64,000 nt of DNA, from assembly GCA_011390275.1 (NCBI GenBank), contig JAABST010000018.1, positions 17,204 to 81,203 of the forward strand, written 5' to 3'. The DNA is from Geitlerinema sp. S16 (GTDB taxonomy: Bacteria; Cyanobacteriota; Cyanobacteriia; Cyanobacteriales; Geitlerinemataceae). Position numbers and translations under genes: made by a program. Below the pieces are notes generated by a model that was given only the letters and a program-made list of their open reading frames with translations, ran no database searches and was not told where the DNA came from. This document shows, piece after piece, positions 58,288 through 64,000 of this stretch (the first letter of the stretch is position 1; each line of letters opens with the position of its first letter).

Positions 58288-60300
58288 GTGCTAGATCCAC
58301 TCTTTTCTCTACCGTCAACCTCTGAATGCGCGATCGTCTGCGGCTTGGGCAGTCTGGGTCAGCACTGCATCGTAGTGCTGAAGGGGTTTGGGATTAGCAC
58401 GATCGGTATCGACCTGGAACGGCCACACCAGTGGGAAATGCCGGAGTTACCCAACGCCCTCGATGGCACGGTGATTGGCGACTGTCGCGAACCCAATATT
58501 TTGACCGATGCGGGGATCGATTTCTGCCGTGCGGTTTTGATTGTTACTAGTGATGAAGGGATCAATATCGAAACCGCGCTGACCGCACGACGCCTCAATC
58601 CAGACGTGCGCATTGTGGTGCGATCGGTGCAGGACAACCTCAACACCCTGCTCGAAGAAACCCTCGGCAACTTTATCGCCTTTGAACCAACCCAGCTCAC
58701 CGCGTCCTCCTTTGCGCTCGCGGCCATCTCCGACGAAATCCTCGGCTGGTTCGATCTCGAAGGGACTGGACTGCGGATCGTTCGCCACGTGGTTGGCCCC
58801 GAATGGCGCGGTCACCGCCTCTGTGACTTGAATACGCGACATCGCCATGTGTTGAGTCATCAAACCATATCCGGGGAGTTGAGCGAGTTTGGCAAGCTCG
58901 TCGGCGATCGCGCCCTGCGATCGGGCGATGTACTGGTCTATGCCGAACGGCGCGATGCGTTGAATTTGACCGAAATTGGGATGCGTCCGGAGGATCGCCG
59001 ATCCACTCGGAGGCGAGGTCGCCGCCGTGCCAAACTACGCCAGTGGATCGGCTCATTTTTTGCCCAGGAACGACGAGTATTTGCCGCGATCGGCGCGATC
59101 GTTTTATCTCTGATTGCGATCGGAACGCTCCTATTTCGCTACGGTTTGCCCACCTCCTGGGAAGCTGCGTTTTACACCACGGTTGTACTGTTGCTGGGAG
59201 GCTATAGCGATTTGTTCGGCACAACCTCGCCAGATGCGAGCGTGTTGCCCCTCTTGCGAGCCTTTGCGCTCATGCTCACCCTGGTGGGAACGGCCTTTGT
59301 CGGCGTGCTTTATGCTCGGCTGACCCAGGCACTGCTCTCGACCAAGTTTCAACTGGTTCCCAAGCTCACCACCTTGCCGGACGGCGATCGAGCCATCATC
59401 GTCGGCTGGGGTCGGGTCGGGGAAGGGGTTGCACGCTTGCTGCGGGAGTTGGATATACCGACGGTCGGCATTTCGCGCGGAACCCTGCCCGAACGTAGCG
59501 ACTATCCGCTACTGCTGCTGATCGATCGCGATTATCAACGCGCCCTCGATCGCGCCGGACTCCGTCAGGCCAGCAGCGTCCTAGCCGTCACCAATAACGA
59601 TATCCTCAACCTCGAAATTGCTCTGATTGCTCGCCGCTACAATCCACGCACGCGGATTGTGATCCGCACCGCCAAACACCGTCTCGGTACAGACCTGTTG
59701 CGGCTACTCCCTGGCGCTCATGTGTTTTGCACCTACGCTGTGGCCGCCGAAGCTTTCGCCGGAGCGGCCTTTGGCGAGAAAATTATTAGCCTCTGGCGGT
59801 GGTATGGCGAAACGGTCACCGTGACGGAATATCGCATCGAAGACATCGATACCCTCAATGGCCTGTTGCTCTCGGAAATCTCCGAAGGCTACGGCGTCAT
59901 CCCGATCTTGCATCAACAAGACCTCAAGCCCGATCGTCTCTTTCCGTCGCCCGATAGCGTGATGAACGTGGGGGATCGCCTGGTCGTGCTAGCGACCCGA
60001 GCCGGTTTGAGCCGCATCGAAAATGGCGATCGCTGTGCGCCGAGCTGTCACGTTGAAGTCCTCGGAACCCAATCCACCGTCGCGCCCTTTGAAGGAGCCA
60101 ATGCAATCTCCCGGATTACCGGCTGCACCTTGGCACAAACGCGAATTCTGTTCGAGGTGCTTCCGGCGATCGTGCCGATTACGCTCTACCCCGATCAGGC
60201 TCGCCGCCTCATTGAGGCTCTCGATCACATTCAAATTTCAGCCCGATTAGTCCAGATATCGCAATTCGATCAAGACGATATCTTCCTTGAGCGATCGTGA
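58288..60300 (+). CDS. Potassium-channel-family protein: RCK/TrkA-N, 2-TM pore, RCK/TrkA-N
   Basis: There are two Rossmann-like RCK N-termini (IVCGLGSLGQH and IIVGWGRVGEG) flanking two TM helices. The pore-loop sequence is TTVVLLLGGYSD. Confidence 0.7.
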   Translation: MLDPLFSLPSTSECAIVCGLGSLGQHCIVVLKGFGISTIGIDLERPHQWEMPELPNALDGTVIGDCREPNILTDAGIDFCRAVLIVTSDEGINIETALTARRLNPDVRIVVRSVQDNLNTLLEETLGNFIAFEPTQLTASSFALAAISDEILGWFDLEGTGLRIVRHVVGPEWRGHRLCDLNTRHRHVLSHQTISGELSEFGKLVGDRALRSGDVLVYAERRDALNLTEIGMRPEDRRSTRRRGRRRAKLRQWIGSFFAQERRVFAAIGAIVLSLIAIGTLLFRYGLPTSWEAAFYTTVVLLLGGYSDLFGTTSPDASVLPLLRAFALMLTLVGTAFVGVLYARLTQALLSTKFQLVPKLTTLPDGDRAIIVGWGRVGEGVARLLRELDIPTVGISRGTLPERSDYPLLLLIDRDYQRALDRAGLRQASSVLAVTNNDILNLEIALIARRYNPRTRIVIRTAKHRLGTDLLRLLPGAHVFCTYAVAAEAFAGAAFGEKIISLWRWYGETVTVTEYRIEDIDTLNGLLLSEISEGYGVIPILHQQDLKPDRLFPSPDSVMNVGDRLVVLATRAGLSRIENGDRCAPSCHVEVLGTQSTVAPFEGANAISRITGCTLAQTRILFEVLPAIVPITLYPDQARRLIEALDHIQISARLVQISQFDQDDIFLERS

Positions 60301-60350
60301 ATACCGCGATCGTCAGCCCTGCATCTAAGCCCCAGATCTAAGTCCCAGAT

Positions 60351-60824
60351 CTAAGCCTGACTCTCAAACGCAATCGGCACATGGTTACAAATCGTCAGGC
60401 AGTTGCGATCATCCTCGCAGCGATCGTACGTAACGCGATCGCACAGTCGGCGCAGCAAAAACCAACCATAACCGCCAAGCTGCAATGTCCCCGGCTCCGG
60501 TTCTTCCAGTTGCGTCGGATCGAATGGCGCACCACAATCCCAAATGCGAAACGTGAGCTGCGCGGCCTGCTGAGTTACCCGAAACGCAATTTCCGTCTCA
60601 ATTTCGGTATCCGGCGGCAAATATTGATGCGCATGACGTACCGTATTGGTGAACCCTTCCACCATCGCCAGCTTAAAGCGATAACGCTGAGTCGTATCCC
60701 ACTGCACCAGTAGCGGGTGTCGTTGGCAAAAGTCTTCAAACCATCCTTGTAGCTGGGCAAGAAGACGTAGGTCGCTTCCAAAGATCGTCCGCTGAACCAG
60801 TGCCTCGCCACATGGATCATGCAT
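60351..60824 (-). CDS. RsbW/SpoIIAB-like anti-sigma-factor serine kinase (HATPase_c)
   Basis: AMVEGFTNTVRHAH (N-box-like), IWDCGAPFDP and GGYGWFLLRRLCDRVTY (G-box) are present. The length is 157 aa. Confidence 0.7.
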   Translation of the reverse strand: MHDPCGEALVQRTIFGSDLRLLAQLQGWFEDFCQRHPLLVQWDTTQRYRFKLAMVEGFTNTVRHAHQYLPPDTEIETEIAFRVTQQAAQLTFRIWDCGAPFDPTQLEEPEPGTLQLGGYGWFLLRRLCDRVTYDRCEDDRNCLTICNHVPIAFESQA

Positions 60825-61167
60825 AAGACCATCTCCGAACTGTTATCTGACGAGAGTAAGGATCACCAACAAAGGCCAGTTCCGCAAACCGTATCACGAT
60901 GAACACGCGACGAATGAACAGATCAATTGCACGATTAACAGAATCAAAATGCAATCAGATTGTACAGTTTGTCGCGAGTCTCTTGGTTAAGAGCCGTGTG
61001 CTTCGTTGGCCTTCCCTGATATGACAAATTCTGGGTTCACCATGTATGTAAGTAGCAGATATAGCGGAAAGATGCTGTCGTTTCAGCATAGATTCATATA
61101 TTAGGGTTGTCTTCTTTTAGCCCGATCACTACATGCTTTGTGACTCCATCTCAAACAAACGTCGATT

Positions 61168-62067
61168 GTGGCTTTGTCTAACGTCGTGAACAATCTTTCA
61201 GTCGGAACCCAGGCCGCAGTTAGCGCGATCGAGTCTTTTCGTAGGTCAGCCTCCCGTCATAGCAGTTTGTTCGTATTTCTCATCCTGCTTCAGTCGCCTG
61301 TGATTCGTGCTCGCATCCCGCTTCTGTCGCCGAATCCCTTTCACAGCCGATTCGAGACCCCGCTGTTACTGTCGAGCTTTCTACCGCCACCCGCGTTACC
61401 CCTGCTGGACAGCGATGATCTTTTGCCCATCCCGCCAAGCTGGCGACCCTCTTACATGCCTCTGTTTGAGAGTTCTCCAGCCGATCCATCCAACTATGAT
61501 CAACGCGAGACCGTTGATGTGAATGGTCGGCCCGCTCAATATGCACGACTGATCGTGTTACACGAAACGGTGGGATCGGCGGATAGCGCCCTCGCTTTAT
61601 TTCAGAACTATCATCCCTACGATGAAGATCAGGTTAGCTACCATGCCCTGATTCGACGGAACGGCACGATCGTCTACATTGTCCCGGAAAATATGCGAGC
61701 GTTTGGCGCTGGAAATTCGGAATTTGTGACCGCTAGCGGCCAGGTTGAAACGGTTCAGACCAACCCCAATTTGGCTTCGTCGGTCAACAATTTCGCCTAT
61801 CATATTTCGCTCGAATCTCCTTCCGATGGGTTTAATTATGATCTCACCCACAGCGGTTATACCGAGCTACAGTACCAATCTCTCGCCTGGTTGATCGACA
61901 ACCTCAGTGTCCCTGAAGAACGCATCACCACCCATGCCGCGATCGATCGCGGCGGTGAACGGTCAGACCCGCGCAGTTTTGATCGCGATCGTCTGCTGCG
62001 GCTGACTCGTGCTTATAGCGGCCAGAGCGCTCCTGCCTCCGAGGTTGCAACGCCACGGTTGAATTAA
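61168..62067 (+). CDS. N-acetylmuramoyl-L-alanine amidase (Amidase_2/PGRP fold)
   Basis: LIVLHETVGSA...VSYHALIRRNGTIVYIVPENMRAFGAGNS...ITTHAAID supports the call. The N-terminal ~100 aa and the start codon are uncertain. Confidence 0.75.
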   Translation: MALSNVVNNLSVGTQAAVSAIESFRRSASRHSSLFVFLILLQSPVIRARIPLLSPNPFHSRFETPLLLSSFLPPPALPLLDSDDLLPIPPSWRPSYMPLFESSPADPSNYDQRETVDVNGRPAQYARLIVLHETVGSADSALALFQNYHPYDEDQVSYHALIRRNGTIVYIVPENMRAFGAGNSEFVTASGQVETVQTNPNLASSVNNFAYHISLESPSDGFNYDLTHSGYTELQYQSLAWLIDNLSVPEERITTHAAIDRGGERSDPRSFDRDRLLRLTRAYSGQSAPASEVATPRLN

Positions 62068-62225
62068 TCTTCAATCTTTAATCTTCGGCAAGCCGGATGG
62101 ACGCGAAGATGAGCGATCGCCTCCAGGATTGATCTCAAAATCGTGTAAAGCGCTACACTACTTTGGCTGCGAATCATGTGCAGCCATCATTTAAAACGCC
62201 ACACAACGCCTCGACTTTCACCGCT

Positions 62226-62552
62226 ATGACTAGTCCGCTTGTTATCTCCGATGCCAGCTTTGAAACGGAAGTCCTCAAGGCCGACAAGCCGGTACTTGCC
62301 TACTTTTGGGCTACATGGTGCGGGCCTTGCCGCCTTGTCTCGCCCTCGATCGACGCGCTCGCTGCGACCTATGCCGATCGCCTGAAGGTTGTGAAACTCG
62401 AAGTTGATCCCAATCCGGTTAGCGTCAAAAGCTGCAAGGTCGAAGGTGTTCCGGCACTGCGATTCTTTAAAGCGGGTGAGGAAGTTGAACGCAGTGAAGG
62501 TGCATTAACCAAGGATAAAATCACGAAGCTCATCGAAGATGTTCTCGCGTAG
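62226..62552 (+). CDS. trxA: Thioredoxin
   Basis: The WCGPC active site lies within FWATWCGPCRLVSP. ATG 62226 gives the usual ~108 aa; the track ORF starts at 62163. Confidence 0.9.
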   Translation: MTSPLVISDASFETEVLKADKPVLAYFWATWCGPCRLVSPSIDALAATYADRLKVVKLEVDPNPVSVKSCKVEGVPALRFFKAGEEVERSEGALTKDKITKLIEDVLA

Positions 62553-62741
62553 ATGCTATCTGATACGAAATCCGGCTGTGTACAGACTTTAGATCGCCGC
62601 TCTGAGCGAACACCGTACTTCGATTCCGCTCCGTGCTCATAGACGTTCTTTATTTTTCTAATCCAGAACCGGATTTTGTATGACATCGGGCGCGGGTCGA
62701 TCGGAACCACTCAACGCATAAATTAAGGCTGAGAAAAGCAA

Positions 62742-62766
62742 GGGGAAGCTACGAATGTAGTTCCCC
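62742..62766. terminator. Hairpin terminator downstream of the NYN gene (possibly bidirectional)
   Basis: GGGGAAGCTAC-GAAT-GTAGTTCCCC has one bulge. The flanks are T-rich on both strands. Confidence 0.6.
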
Positions 62767-62796
62767 CGCTGTTTTGGCATTCTGAGAAGGAGACGG

Positions 62797-63342
62797 CTAA
62801 CGACCAAAGCGCAAGGCGGTCAGCTTTGCGTGGGCTTCGGGGTTGAGCTGACTGGCAAGTAAACCCTTCGCCGATCGCTTGGGAGCGGCCTTCCGTTTGC
62901 GGTTGCTGCGCTGCACGATCAGTTTGACATCGGCCTCTAGCTGTTCGGCGGACATCCATTCGGCTCCATAGCCAATCACCGTTAGCTGTTGCGCTCGATC
63001 AGATGTGGCAACAATCGTGCGATCGTGGCGCAATCCTTCGTAGCGTCTGCGAGCGCAAAACTTTTCGATATAGGTATCGGCGGTGCAGTCAAAATCCGTG
63101 AAATGTACAAAACAGGAGGGGGTTACCTGTTCGCGGGTGGCGCGTATATCGCGAAATTGGGCGTCAAAGACAATATGGGTTTGGATGCCTTTGAGAGAGG
63201 TGTAGTTGACGAGCTGTTCGGTGAGCGATCGACGTGCGTCTTCGTAGCCGTCGAAATCCCGGACTTGTCGTAGGCTAGTCCAGCGTCCGATCGTGTTGTA
63301 GCCGTCTACCAGCAAGACGGCAGGGTTGGGTGAGGGTGACAT
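62797..63342 (-). CDS. NYN-domain (YacP/Rae1-like) ribonuclease
   Basis: The N-terminus VLLVDGYNTIGRW and the later IVFDAQ and VATSDRAQQ motifs are typical of YacP-like NYN proteins. Confidence 0.8.
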   Translation of the reverse strand: MSPSPNPAVLLVDGYNTIGRWTSLRQVRDFDGYEDARRSLTEQLVNYTSLKGIQTHIVFDAQFRDIRATREQVTPSCFVHFTDFDCTADTYIEKFCARRRYEGLRHDRTIVATSDRAQQLTVIGYGAEWMSAEQLEADVKLIVQRSNRKRKAAPKRSAKGLLASQLNPEAHAKLTALRFGR

Positions 63343-63473
63343 GGGTGTGAGTCAAGCGATTGGCTTCCAGTAATGGATCACCGTCTTTGTTTAGCCCCGT
63401 AGGCAACCAAACAAAATTACGGCGTTCGACTCATTGTAATTTTTTATGTCAGTCTATGCTGTGATCGGAACAT

Positions 63474-64000
63474 CTAGATTTGACCTTGGAGAAAGCGAGC
63501 CTTCAGACGTTCGGGATCGCCGCGATCGACGGTTTGGCCATTTTCGAGCAAAAAAGCTCCGTTGCAGTAGTTAAGCTCATCGAGTCGGTGCGTCACCCAA
63601 AGGGCGGTCATGCCGCGATCGTGAACGATATCGCGTACGCGTTCAACGAGGTCGATTTGCCCCTCAGGGTCGAGCAATGCAGTGGGTTCATCGAGTAGCA
63701 GCACGTCACAATGCTGGGCGATCGCCCCGGCGATCGCCACCCGCTGTTTTTGGCCGCCGCTCAGGGCGTAGATTGGACGCTCGATCAGATGGGCGAGATT
63801 GACCAATGCCAGCGCATCTTCAACGCGATCGCGCACTTCCCGGTACGACAATCCTTGTTCCACTAGACCAAACGCAACATCGGCTCCCACCGTCGGCATC
63901 ACCAACTGATGATCGGGATTTTGAAACACAAACCCCACCCGACCCGAGACCTGGACGGCCTCGCGATCGGCGAGGGGTAGCAAACCCGCCAGCAAACGTA
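63474..64000 (-). CDS. ECF/CbiO-type ABC transporter ATP-binding protein (N-terminus beyond the right window edge)
   Basis: VGFVFQNPDHQLV, LSGGQKQRVAIAGA and LLLDEPTALLD are present. The ORF is open to the window end. Confidence 0.85.
   Translation of the reverse strand, partial: RLLAGLLPLADREAVQVSGRVGFVFQNPDHQLVMPTVGADVAFGLVEQGLSYREVRDRVEDALALVNLAHLIERPIYALSGGQKQRVAIAGAIAQHCDVLLLDEPTALLDPEGQIDLVERVRDIVHDRGMTALWVTHRLDELNYCNGAFLLENGQTVDRGDPERLKARFLQGQI

Noticed and set aside
1-64000. CRISPR arrays, prophage or integrase genes, transposases, toxin-antitoxin pairs, rRNA, hetR
   Set aside because: None was found. All tandem repeats have at most 5 units and no spacer structure. No integrase- or transposase-like ORF is in the track. 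No HetR-like sequence appears among the translated ORFs.

Overview
The window looks like a cyanobacterial chromosomal segment. The HIP1 octamer GCGATCGC occurs about once per kb, and photosystem II, chlorophyll and heme genes are present. I support about 50 protein genes, most of them housekeeping. They include an SDR epimerase, a front-end-type fatty-acid desaturase, L25/Ctc, adenosine kinase, mraY, class II FBP/SBPase (glpX), hemA, hisZ and mnmA. Also present are glnN (type III glutamine synthetase), acsF, psb30, ZipN/Ftn2, pdhA, panE, a pilMNOQ operon, trxA, a duplicated-NBD ABC ATPase and two ECF-type ATPases. There is one tRNA-Ser(GCU).

Accessory-looking content:
- a DUF928 gene followed by a CHASE2 class III nucleotide cyclase
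- a ShlB/FhaC-type outer-membrane transporter with no TpsA partner, tightly linked to a pentapeptide-repeat protein
- a TM0106-type RecB-like nuclease
- a B12-binding radical SAM protein
- a double-RCK K+ channel and an orphan RsbW-like kinase

Non-genic structure:
- a three-copy TA-flanked MITE of about 130 bp
- a MITE-like insert beside the tRNA, with 15-nt direct repeats
- a perfect 2 x 70 bp tandem duplication at the mnmA 3' end
- a second dispersed repeat carrying nested insertions
- several short tandem arrays in 5' regions
- two HIP1-poor blocks with atypical composition, at 30.5-36.2 kb and 52.2-56.3 kb

The most interesting item is a 57-codon minus-strand ORF at 35879..36052, below the ORF-track cutoff. 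It encodes a signal-peptide-like N-terminus and ends exactly in RGSGR, the HetR-inhibiting pentapeptide of PatS, HetN and PatX. No hetR is present in the window.

All calls rest on reading the translations and the sequence by eye. Start codons are often uncertain, and no database search was possible.
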